In this document: one piece after another, positions 1-12,500 of the stretch | How positions within the stretch are numbered: the first letter of the stretch is position 1 | Layout of the letters: the number at the start of each line of letters is the position of its first letter | DNA from: Fimbriosthenelais zetlandica | Lineage: Eukaryota | Direction: 5' to 3' | Assembly (NCBI GenBank): GCA_977030845.1 | Contig: OZ365115.1 | Span: 11,284,001-11,348,000, forward strand | DNA: 64,000 nucleotides | Translations under genes and position numbers: made by a program | The notes under the pieces: model-generated | Databases searched by the model: none | Seen by the model: only the letters and a program-made list of their open reading frames with translations | Told to the model about the DNA's origin: nothing

Positions 1-1394
1 CGTCTAAAGCAGAATAATGAATACGGAATATAATGCTGATTCATCCCGGGCGATAATAAGGGAAAATGCCGGCTTGATTAGAGTGTTTATGTATCTGAAA
101 TCAATTTGATTAGTTCAAGGCTTGGAAGTGAAGGCATTTAAGACTTGGATATTGTTGGAGAGTGGTTTTCATTAAATGGGAAGAAAGCATTAGAGAGGCA
201 GATGGCTGAATGGCAGTTCATCATTTTGTTTTGATCTAATATGTGTGTATTGTAATCAATGGATCTTGGTGCTTTTCTCAGAGGGGAGTTCTGTGATAAT
301 CGACTCGGGAATTAACAAGTTGCCTTCTTTGAAATGATGAGAAAATAAGAGTAGTTACGAGAGTGAAAGGGGGAGAAAGGTTGGGGCAATTATGATTGGT
401 ATGAATAGGCCAAAGACGGAGAATTGGAGGGATCATGGGAGTAGACCTATTGAAGAGGCGAGGGCAATTGCAAAAGGTCCCACTCAAGAGAAAGAATACT
501 GAAAAAATTAATGATAAGAGGAGAGAAACATAATGTGTTGGCAATTCCGATCCAAACGGAACTGCAAAAATTACTTTTCATAATTCATCATCAGTTTTAA
601 AATTTTTGAGTCCATATATTGAATTTCAACTCAAATTGATATAGTTAGGGATTGTTGGATAATACTATTGTTATACTTGCAGTGACGGCATATAATTATA
701 AAAACTATAATTAAATATTATATAAAATTATATTGATGGGGTACACCGCGTATTAATTTCATAGGCACACCCCCATCCCATGCAGGCACATCCTCTCCAT
801 AGACCTCTACCAGTACCGTGAAACCCCAACCAGCATCCCTTCCTAACTCATCAATTCCAAGGATAATTCTATTGCCTCCTTATTGTATTAGACTATCAGC
901 CATAATTACACCTCCTCCGCGCTTCCCTTTCCACCAGTAATATCAATACTTCAAAACTTCTTTGCCACTTGGAATTAAGTATAATAACGCTGCAGCTAAA
1001 TTGCATCGTGCATTGCGATGCCTCCTTTGGTATGAAATTGCTTTACCAAAAAAACACAAACACGGTTTGAGATGATTATGCGAGGCCCCCTTGATATTGT
1101 TTCAAAAGAGGCACTGCTAATCAAAGGGGAAATAACGACAATGGACTGGCTCCCCCTTCATTACACAAAGACGCACAGACAGACTCCCATATCCTCCACT
1201 TGTGCAGTCGATAATTGAAGTTTTAATAAGAACCTGTCCTCTGCATGCAAGAAAACACTTATGTGCTTAAGAATTTGAGTTTTTAATTGAAGGAAATTCA
1301 TTTACGACATTGTCAATATGGGTCCCCCTTTGGCGGCCTCTTTCCGGCAGTGCCTGCGCCATTACAGCTCACGTGATTAGTTTCAATTTGGCAG

Positions 1395-1560
1395 GAGGAG
1401 AGGGGGGGGGGGGGGTGAGATGAGGGAGGGTGAAGGAAGAAGGGAGGAGAGGGACAGAGACAGAGCGATAGTGAGGGAGAGGTAGAGAGATAGGGGAGTA
1501 TGGGAACGGAGGGCGGGAGAGGAAGGGAGGGAGACAGCGAAAGAGAGGGCAGTTATACAC
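1395..1560. repeat. Polypurine (GA-rich) low-complexity tract
   Basis: Nearly pure A/G on plus. Confidence 0.85.
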
Positions 1561-4500
1561 TGCCTTTATTTGATTAAATCCTTAATTGTTGTAAATGGAA
1601 TTAAGAAAAGTGTCGTCTTTCATGTCGCACTTTTAAGGTGGCAGTGGGGTGCAGTTTTAACATAGGGACGTATAATAAAGAAAAAAAATAGGGGTGGTTC
1701 AAAAAGGGGAATTGAGAACGTGAGGATGAAAGGGGAAGGGAGGAGAGTGGACAGAAAGTGATTTAGCTGCTAAAAGTAATGGGAGAAATTGAATGGAAAT
1801 TGATAAGCAAGAGGAAAAAGAATAGCCATAAAGAATATAGAATAATATCAGAAGAAAATAATATTAAAGCTTGGATGATTATCATAATATTATGTATAAG
1901 CACTATGCATTCAAACATAGAAAAACAAAATTTATACATTGGGGGTTTGGAATTGCTGTAAAATAGTCATGCTGCCACTTCCCCCCATCCCCACCCACAA
2001 CACACCCTAGCAGATCTTTCTAATTATTGAAGATAGAAATCAATGTGATTGTGGAGAGCTATTAAACGAAGTATGCCCTGAAGGCACCACCATGCTCAAT
2101 GCCTCACCCTGACCCTGAACACTGAAGTCCAACCCCAACCCCTTCAAGCTCATTTTACTATTGAGTTCCAATACTTTTAAGGTTGCTAAGGGAAATAGCG
2201 ACTACTTCCATAATATTATGACCCCTTCTTTTCGATAAAGCAGGCAAATAACTTAAAACAAATATTATCTTCAAATAATTATGTTTAAGGGATAAGGATA
2301 GGGATATATTTGTCTGTCAAAGTTACAGCTAGATTTTAATGGTGGACATCGTCAGCACGCGTCGCCATGGTCTGCTGACCGTCATGGACCATACACTTCT
2401 CTGCCTCGGGCGACACACCAAAAAAGGGCGATAATAGGGGCCAATCACTGTACAATCATCCCAACCTCCCTAACCATCCAATTTCAACCCCGTGAACTAA
2501 GCCAAAAGCAAGTCCTTCCAGACAACGAGCCATCCAAACCACAATAACCTCCCAAATCACTGGACAGAGCGTGAAATGAACATCCACAATGGGCGTTCAT
2601 TTTCCAGTTAGTGGCGGAAATGACGTTATAATAGGTCTGTGATTGGTGGAGGGGGTGATGTGGTTGGTGATAATGGTGGTGGCTAGATGGCGATCAGGCA
2701 GACAGGGACATGCCAGGTGTTTCCCTTTATAATGGTCATTTTGGATGTTCACACTTTTGTACTTGTCACAGACACTGTGATTATGGACTAGATGTTATAG
2801 ACAAGTGGCAATATTCACACCAAAATGTCGAAAGTTCGCATCAATGAAAGTGGGACGCTTTCTGGCGTTGAGGAATAATAAATACATGTATTCATTCGAA
2901 AAGTCTTGAGTAAAAATTCAAGACAACTTCACTTCCTTTTTCACATAGGGACTACATCAGTAACTGTTGTATCAGTTGACCCGTCAATTGCCCATAATCC
3001 TTTTTTTTAACATACAAAAATGAAAAACAATATCCCATTCGGACAATTCTATTCGGAGGGACATATTTTAATATCTAAGAAAACCATATATCAACAGCAG
3101 AAACTCCTAGGTGATTCCTCGCTGAGAACTAATAAAATCAACTAAGATACGTCCTCAACTGGCGGGATCCATCTCTAGAACCAAACACGCTTTGAGGCCA
3201 TCATTTCATCAAATGGGATTGGACATATGGTTGAGTCATATTCCAGCACTGAGTATATTAAGTTCCACTAGGCCTACACAGCCCTAAATCCCCACTAAAT
3301 GAGAGAATTAAAGACATTAAAAGCTTTAATGTCTGCTCACTGCTTCAATCTGATGTTGTACCCACTCATATTACCAGCCCGAGGAGCTTAAGCCTTAAAG
3401 AAGTAAGCGGAGAGAGAGGACGGTCTACGGGCGCGTACTCCGTGTTTTAAACACGGGAGGAGGGGGCGAGGGAAGCGGAAAGTATTGTTGATCAATGTTA
3501 TTAGCGGGAGTATCTGTAGGTAATGGGTGTAGAGGAGAGGAGAGGATTTGTGGATGGGGAGGGATGGAGAGATAAAGTGCAGGTAGCAGGTACATAGACG
3601 CAGGATCAGAGCTGAAGAAAAGCTGTTAGCCAAGTCTGCAGATCGACAAGCTTCCGAGAAAAGGAACGTGAGGCATTTAATGGCACAGATGGCTGAGAAA
3701 ATGCAAATGCATTGAAAACTACTACTTGAGTACTTTTCACATTTAACATTATAATTAATTCATTTTATTTGTTTCAGTTTACAAAGTGACGTAGTCATGC
3801 AGATTGTCTCACAAAGTGAATTTGAATCGTTCTAAAAGCAGGGTTAAAATCTAACAGATCCAAGATGGAGTTTTTAAAAGGGGAAGTAAACCAAGAACCC
3901 TGTAGCAAAGTGCTGACAGCTTCTTCCTTTTGTTCAAAACACTCCGGCCATCTCACCACTTCTCACAGACCCCCTCTGTTCATAAGCATTGATGGATAGC
4001 TGGTAAAGTGGCAAGTTTCAGAGTACCGCAGGATGCACTTATCTGCTGGGATTACACGTTAAGGCATCTATTGTCCGTCATTGCCTGAGGATCCTTCAAC
4101 ATGGTACCAGTGTAGCACCCACTGTCCTCCACTCAATGCCTGCCTTCACTGCCTCCATGCCACCTAACTACACTCTCATGGGGTCTAACTAGATTCCTTC
4201 AGGCTGAAAGGCAGGCTACTTCTCAATGGCTTCTTTTTAGTGCTTTTCATTTTGAAAAAAAGAGACATGTCGTCCATATGTTTCAGGGTTTATTGTCGGC
4301 ATTAGTGTCGTTGTCATCGCCAATGATTCAAACAGGGATTTGCCTATGAACATATTCTGATAAATTTAATGCGGGCAGATGGGGGAATGTAGAAGATGAA
4401 GGAAATTAAGGTGAGATGTTTGCTATAAGGACACATTCTGTTTGATTGTTTAGTTTCGTTAGAGAAAAACAACAGCATTAAACGGTTTTTGGTGGATATT

Positions 4501-4899
4501 CTTTCCACTTACATACATGTTAAGGCGAACCACCTGCATCTATGCAAACTTAAAGGATAGTTGGTACGATGCATGTGCAGCTTCCTACCAAGAGCAACGC
4601 TCGCAAGAAGTGGAGCTTCGGCTTTACCTCAGTTTTTAGTTAGAACATACAAGCTTTGATGGTGTGAGTTGGAACACACCATTAGACGTAGCATGGTCTG
4701 GTAGGCGACCAGAGAGACTAGAATGTGTTGAGGTGTTGTGTCAACAATGAGATCCTCCAAGCTGTCACAGCTCTAATGGTTGATAAACACTTCCTCTAAC
4801 ACCGACACAAGCAAGTCTCCACTACACACCTACAACACTACTACACCATTAGATGCTAAATCACAGATCTCTTGTGTTGCACAAAATGTGCTACTGACC

Positions 4900-5110
4900 C
4901 CAGCTTGTTGTGACAGGCATCGGTAGATCGACATTGGGGTAATTGTCAGTTAAATGTATTAAATCTATTGGGGTCATTGGCACAAGATTTGTGACAGCCC
5001 TCGCCATGTTGTGACAGCCATCGGCAATCATTATATATATTGAGGTAATATAACTGTCAGTTAAATGCGAAACTAAACCTGTTGGGGTCATTTGGACAAA
5101 ATTTGCAGAG
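4900..5110. repeat. Degenerate tandem duplication (~100-bp unit, 2 copies)
   Basis: TTGTGACAG.CATCGG...TGTCAGTTAAATG...TGGGGTCATT..ACAA.ATTT appears twice. Confidence 0.7.
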
Positions 5111-8100
5111 GCTGTCCCCATATTGCAAGAGACAACTTAATTGTTAGGCTAAAGATCTGAAAGTGGTCATATTTTGCATCCGACAATTTCAGAGGTTCTG
5201 CAGTGCAACCCATTGAGTTTGACATGCATGGCCATTGGCCAAGCATAGGATAAGGCAGTGTTTTGCTATGTAGCCTATAAGAGAGGTTTGGCGAGATTAC
5301 AATGCATGGGGTACAATCGAAAAGTTATTCCTTTCTCATTGAATAATCCTTCAGTCATTGACTGTGAGTCTGATTCACTGAAAACTTCTAAACTTAGTTA
5401 TTTTTTTCCTTTCCGGGCATAGGACGAATATATGCCCCACTCTGTCTCTTGTAGCAGTAATCTCCACAGATCCCTTTAGGGTTTACGAGATAAACATATG
5501 AAGCAGATTTTATTTGGCTACTAATGTTTACAGCTTAATAATCCTATCGACCTTTACATAGATTCTCAGAGTCAGATCCCATCCTTGTGTTAGCATATAC
5601 AGAGAGAGGAGATGAGAGGATTCTTACTTGCCTTGAAAGCTTCCTTGAAAGACAGCTACAAATCCTATAAAGATGGGAATATTAGAGGAAGGGCTCAGAA
5701 ATATACAACTCTTCATATCCCATTTTGCATTATTAATCTGGAAGGGGGTAGGGTGGGAGGTGCTTTCGGGATGGGAAAGATGTCTTACAACAGACAGTTG
5801 TCTTCTCATAAGATAATGCGAATGAAATAGATCTTTATTTTGAAACTGGCCACTGAAAAAGTATTGCAGTGATGGTGTACTTTTTCATACTGTTTCATAA
5901 TGGGTTGGCTTGGTGTGAACGCAATATAACACTTATTATAACAAGAAGCTTCGGTTCTCCAGCTCTGTCAACATAGCTTGTCCTTCTCACTTACGGGCAC
6001 TTCACCTCCCAACTCCATCACTAACGGTTCATACAGTGTTTACAGGCTGGGAGTCTATCAAAAACCAATGAACATTAAATGTCTATTCATCCTCCCAAAA
6101 GAGCAAGAGAGTTTGTTCTGAAGATACAATGCTTGAAGATACAGAATCATGTCAAAATGCTCCTGTGGAATTACTCTGTTTCTCATGCGTTAAAATAGTA
6201 GATTAAAATAGTATTGGGAATAACAAGGTTTCCTGTTTTGCACTAATTGCAGAAGGATTGATATAGAGTAGGATATAAATTTCCCAGATTCAGGTGAGCA
6301 CTATAGAACAATGTGTACAACTAGTTACAGCTTGAAGAAGGGGGAGCAAAGGCAACAATGCGTTGCACAGCTCAGGGATTGAACTGCTGATGCTCATTGG
6401 TGACCCCGGGAATGAGCTGGTGCTCCAAGTTCCCCAATCAGAAACATAAACAACTTGGAATGATGGGGATGATTACCTAGTTCCAAACTTCACCGACTAA
6501 CGATACTTTGATGCAGGAAACGGAAGCAGGAACAAAACAGCTGAAATTACAAATTCGAAAACAGCCAGAAAGGCACTGGGCAAAACAAAGACGTGCCGTG
6601 TGTGGGCCTCTATGAAACCAATTAGAGCTGAATTAGCTAAAATAGACTCTAAAATAAGACTGGTGAAAGCTGAATCATCTCTTCTCAAAGAAAACTTATC
6701 ATAGCTGAACTTTACCTGAGCCACTTAAACGTGCTCTTAACTGTGTTAGTCTTGGCACCTGGTTAGAGACCCAGGGCTAATGCCTTAATTGATGTTCTCT
6801 TAAAGACTTGATCCACTTCAGGTGATCTCTGAACACAAAGTTCTTTGAGTAAGAGCTTTCAGTCTAATAAATCCACTCGACCATTTTTGACCAACATACC
6901 ACATGAAACATACATGTATATTGTGACGTTGCAATGACCCTCAATATATCTGACAATTCCTCCATTGCATAAATCTGGCAACAGCTGTTGTTGCATGGGG
7001 ATATTGAATTCACGATGGACAGCGCGTTATAATAGCAACCTTTCCGTTTTATGTAACTTAAATACAGTAACCATTCAAGAAGGGAAATTTACTGTGTCAG
7101 CCCATAACAGACTACCGTAACATAAACTAATCTGGGAGATCTTGCAATGTCGACATATATATCAAGCTTTGCAATGGCTGGTTGATTTTTGATACATATC
7201 ATTCAGATTAATATGAATTTCAAATTAATTATTATATTTTCTAGTCACATGCATGACCTAAAAGAGAACGGTCTGAAATCATAATAGATATCCAGTTTCT
7301 ACAAATGAACCGCCGTGTAATATCGGATAGGATATCCAAGATTAAAAAGCCGCAATTTTGAGATCATATTTCTTGTATTATATCCTACCAAGAAAGTTTC
7401 ATTACATGCTTATGTTTCATCCAAAACCATTAAAATCTTTGATATGCATTTTGCGGTATTTTTTTTCTCTAAAATCAATATTTTCCCAGTTTTGAAATAA
7501 AAAAAAAACGATAATTAACTATAAACTTGAAATAAATATCAGAAAGGGTGGGGGGCGAGGAAGTAATTGTTTTCGGAAAATAATGTTCAGTTTGATGTGG
7601 TTAAAATACATTTATTATACATACGGTAACCTTGAAATAAAATGTCATGATAAGCACAAGTTTGAAATAAAATATCATGGAATTGGGGACATTTTGGTGA
7701 GACTTGGGCATTGTAGTGGCAGGTTAGTGTTGTAGCGCTGCTAATATTTGGAAGGATGGAAGGGGGAGAGTAAATGAGAAATGCATGTAAAGCGTCTGTA
7801 GACCACTCTAATGCTGCAGTGTTAGCCATCCCCACAATGTACGACCGACCACTATTATTTATCACAAAAATGGGAAAGCCTTGTGAACGGAGTGCTCCAG
7901 GGCGACTGTGCTTTTAGCGGACGCCTCTGAACAGTCGTGTCGCGAATCCCAACGTTAACGCACCAATCAGGTCGCTCCGAGCATAAACATTTTATGCAGG
8001 ACCATAACGAGGCTCTCTTCTCAATATGACCCCTAACATGGATCTGCCATCTGATGGAGATTTAGGTATCACACTGGTGAATTAAAGATTCAGGTGTCAC

Positions 8101-8549
8101 GCTGCTGAATTATATCCACAGACAATAGGAGTGGATGGAAAGCGCCTCGGGTGGGCTGTGGAGGAAAATGGAACTAATGGGGAGTGGGAGTATTCTTTTT
8201 AAATAGGGGATGGGTGGGGAGGTGGGAGGAAGAAAAGGGGAGGTCGAAGTGGTGGGTGGGGTTATTATTTAAAAAGGGACCCCCGAGGGTGGAAAAGGGA
8301 TTTATGATCTATTTTTGAATGGGCTCAGATGGAATGTCACTTTTGAAGTTGACAACATAATTCAGCAATCCATATTCTTCTTATTATAATTCAAGTTGCA
8401 AATTAAATGTTTTTGATGATTTCAAATCTGACCATTTTCAGACTCAGACTATTCAGTTTAAAATTAAGGGGAAGGGCAACGGAAAAATAGATATTGCATT
8501 GCCATGGTTAGTAACTCTGAAAGACCCTAAGAACATAAGAGTTTCCACT

Positions 8550-8740
8550 CCTGCACATCAAGAGAGGGTAAGAGAGAGAGAGAGCGAGGAGAGAGGGGGA
8601 AGAGGAGAGAGAAAGAGAACTGAGAGGAAAAAGGAGAGAAGAGTGAGAGGAGAGAGGGAGAGTAGCGAGGCAGAGAGAGAAAGAAAGCGAAGGGGGGTGG
8701 GGGCTGAGAGAACGAGTGGAGTGGAGGAGTAGGAATAGTA
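8550..8740. repeat. Polypurine (GA-rich) low-complexity tract
   Basis: (GA)n-like; explains ORFs 8499..8732 and 8558..8890. Confidence 0.85.
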
Positions 8741-9423
8741 GTGTAACTGTGGTGGGGAGAAGGCTGCTAATGCCTGCAATGCATTAAAGTAATGAAGTCC
8801 ATTAGGTGTAGGGCGATCATGGCCACAATGACAGGCTCCTGCTCTTACACTGCCACATCCACAAAACTCAGGGGAAGACCAGCATAACATACCCTCCCTC
8901 CCACTAACACTCTACTAACATTGTTCTCTTTAATGTCTTCTATTCATAAATCATCGCCAACTACTATATGGTTATAGACTGGATCTCGGTTTACGGCCAC
9001 CTCACTAAAGCGACGATCGTCAAGCGAAATTTTGATTAGGGGTCATCTCAAGCGTATTTTTCTAAATGTATGTCCTTTAATTCGAACCTCATTGTACAAT
9101 ACAACTACAGAATGTACAGGACTATTTTAACACGACTAAAACATACTCTTTAAAGGGACCATCTATCTCATACACTGTGTGACCGCTCTTGCATAAAATG
9201 GTCCCAACCAAATGTTTTCACACCACAAATGCACCATGCACTCACTCAAGTGACTGTCTTGTCTACTATTTCGGTCCCAAGAGAGGTTATATTAGTGAAA
9301 CTCATGCCATGTATATAGGTCTATTGTAAATTCATCTCAACAAACTTCTTGCCTATTACTATTACTTAAATGTATATTTCAACTATGTATTTTAAAATAT
9401 CCACTAAGCGTTTGCCAACTTAC

Positions 9424-9516
9424 CATTTATGCCATTGACACATTTCATCTGACCGTCCTTGACCCCAACTTCACCCGGTTGACCTTGCTTTTCCTCAGTC
9501 ATTTTTAAAAGTACTT
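9424..9516 (-). CDS. Exon of the same unidentified minus-strand gene (EVLLKMTEEKQGQPGEVGVKDGQMKCVNGIN)
   Basis: Acceptor gtgaatgtcttcag, donor AATG|GTAAGT. 93 nt (3n), open in phase 1 with protein-like composition; phase-compatible with exon 46723-46812. Confidence 0.6.
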
Positions 9517-12500
9517 CTGAAGACATTCACCAAGTGTAAAAGAGTCAGAGCAATATTGGATAAGAAATGTAGGTTTATGTCAATCATAAATTATGATCTA
9601 ATATTCACTTAGATGATGTGTACCCGTATGCCTGGGCGATAATACGGGCTCTTCAATATTGATTTAGTTGAGTGTGCAGAGTTCTCACGTTGTTGAGGAA
9701 AAGCTGTAAATTCTTTCTATGTTCATGATGGATATCAATCAAAATTGACACAGTCTTTTCCTGGGAAAATGGGCTAAATTGTTTCAGCACTTTTGGAATT
9801 ATTCTGGATTATCCCGAAAAGTTTCAAATGCCGAGAACTTGTTCACAAAGTGGAATTATTGTCAGGAGAAAGCTGAATTCATTCCCTTCCAGGTAAACCA
9901 ATCAGCACTGTCCAATGCTTAAAGCGTTCATTCTTTTCAGAATGAATCGCTCATTCTTTTAACGATTGGACGTTGAAGAATCCAATGAAAACTGTTATGG
10001 ATCCTCCCATTTATTTCCCATCAATATTGCTTTGTTGTTTCGGTTTGGATCCCAACCTTTGGCTCATGTGTCATCAAAGAAGCCTCGAAATGTGATCTGG
10101 AGACTTTCTTGGCGGATCCAGGGCCTCCGTCGATTGCTTGGGTTCTCCTCCACCAGCTTCTGTTACCCTCAGGTCATTTGGTAAGGGTCTGTTTCACGAG
10201 AAGAAAAAAATAAAAAAGTTCAAAGGAACGATCCGACCATGGAAGTTATGGGGTTTCTAAAAGGAGGAAATGTTGAAATCGATCTGAGCAAAGGATGGAA
10301 CTTCAGAGGATAGCTCAAATTAAGCATAACATTTCAAATGACATTTTGGTTTAACATGTTCTCATGGCCATTTTTACAAATCTCACTGGAGAAATTAGCT
10401 TTTATAATAAAAAATCTTAGTAAAGAAATGACAATGCACTACTGGTGAGGATTCATATTGCAAAATGTATAATATTAGCTCACCTAATTGCTTTTACATA
10501 CCTGAAAAATAGGCGCTGGTGATGGGAATCTAACCAGTTTCAATGGAGAAGTTCCACCTTTCTTCATTCAACACTGGAACCAAATATGAGCCAGTGCCTT
10601 CATCAGCAGTTTATGATAATTGAGACTCTTGTGGCCTTGTCCTTATCACAAGGATCTGGTGTAAAATAAATCAATTATGCTGTGCCAATACTTGATGGGT
10701 GCAAGCACGTGGATAATGGGCGGTAATAAGTGAGTACATTAGATGAAAAGTGGCGATAATAGGGGCGATGGTAGTAAGATGACGTAACGTCCTCCTCGCC
10801 TTATTAATGACATTCTTCAGTCGTTTTATTCATTACCTGTCATATTATCCCCTCCTAATCATATAGACCACTCTTGATGAGGCAAACTCGTATTGAAAGG
10901 AATTTGTGTAAGAAACTGTCCAATTCTCTCCTCATTTGACTCAGTCCGAAAGACGTAACAGATTGGGTAACAGGGTAAGGTATTTTGGGTAACAAATCTT
11001 TGTTATATCCCGAATGAAATGTTCTTCTATATCAAGTAACAGATGATGTCCTGGCCATGCAAATCTGTCTTTGAGTGCCAATGGTTCATAGGCGAAGAGG
11101 AATGGATCGATTTGACGTTGTGAGACTGATGGGAGAATCCTTAATTGAGTCCCGACGAGTAGAAAAGCATTGTTCCCTGTGCTTTCCTGAAGGAGAGGGT
11201 CCAGTAAGTCTTCAATGAATGACACTGGAGGCGGTGGCAGTGTGAGAGTGGGAGACTGGGTACTGGAGGATCCAGATCAGCTGATCGCTGCAGCAGTCGT
11301 CCAGCGTCTAGGCTCTAGGCTGGTGGCAGTGCTGGACTGAGGAAGGGCTGGGGTCTGGTGGAGGGGGTGCATGGAAGGCAGCTAGCTGCAGTCTATAGGG
11401 CTCTGTGATGAAGGGTACATGGTGTGGGAGGGAGGTACAGCGGCGAGAAGGGAGGGGTGTTGACACCTATATGACAGAGGGCTAAGGAAGGTTGTTGCTG
11501 CAACTGCTGTCAATTGTCAACACCTGGGGTTGTCAGGACCATAACAAACTGTGGGATAGGGTATCTGTTATCAGTGGTGGCAGCGGGAGGAGAGGGGATG
11601 CTCTGATTTTGCATTGAACACGATAAAACACAACCCTTTGCAATGGAAAAGATATTCTATTGGTATATAATCTCAAGGGAATGGGAGAACGAAGAGAGGG
11701 CGATGGAAGATGAAGAGAGGGAAGAGATGGAACTGTATGGCAGATCCTTAGGATAATACCAGGACAATAGTACTGAAAATTCAAGGAATGGGCAAGGAAA
11801 AGAAAGGGCAGATCAGAAGAGAATGGTAAGAACAGGGGAATGACAAGGAATAGAACCTAGATGATGACTTGAAGAGATTCCCTTCTTCAGAGGTCGAGTT
11901 CAGGCAGTGCTAACAGTATCGTTTTTGCGAAAAGCCAATATTCTCCCAGGCCTGGATATAGTGTATCAGTGCAAATCACATATACCTGTCAATGAAGGCT
12001 ATCCCACAGACAGATTAGCCCTCCACTATAGTTCTTCATATATCCATTGCCATAGCAACAAGGCAGTTTGGCATCACTGTAGAGATGACCGTACCACACT
12101 GGATCGGTGTCTCGTGGTAGCTTCCCCGTGCCTTACACCTACCGGAGCTAAACACTGGAGAAAGGCTGGGTGTTGGTGGTATCTATAGAGTACAGGAGAA
12201 GGGATGGTTGTATGACAGCAGTGATAATGGTAGGTGGTATGTATGTGACGTGTATATAGCCACAGATCCAGTGGGTGTGGCAGTGATGGTCTATCACTGG
12301 TTCCTCCAGTGGGTGGTATAGACGCTGCCTACCATTATAATCACTCCAGGGTCTCCTGTCCTTCTCCCGCCCTGGTGTTCCCTCACTGGGCTTCTCCAGG
12401 GCCATCAGCTCAGTGCTGCCACCAGTGGTGGAATGGTGAACGATTCACGATACAAGAAGCAGTTGCCAGGAAGGGGGAAATGGGACCCAATTTTTGTCAT

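Noticed and set aside
5992-6051. 60-nt segment between a plausible acceptor and a GTAAGT donor (minus)
   Set aside because: Stops in all three frames; likely chance.
6517-6704. Plus-strand 62-codon open frame after a CTAAC...GCAG acceptor (coiled-coil-like AELAKIDSKIRLVKAESSLLKENLS)
   Set aside because: No partner exons or recognisable family; could be a decayed retroelement ORF or chance.
8499-8890. ORFs over GA/CT tracts (also 1369, 32421, 32629, 39781, 39884, 42711, 51717-52152, 53460-53974)
   Set aside because: Open only because of low complexity; translations are S/L/P/F- or R/E/G-biased with no domain signal.
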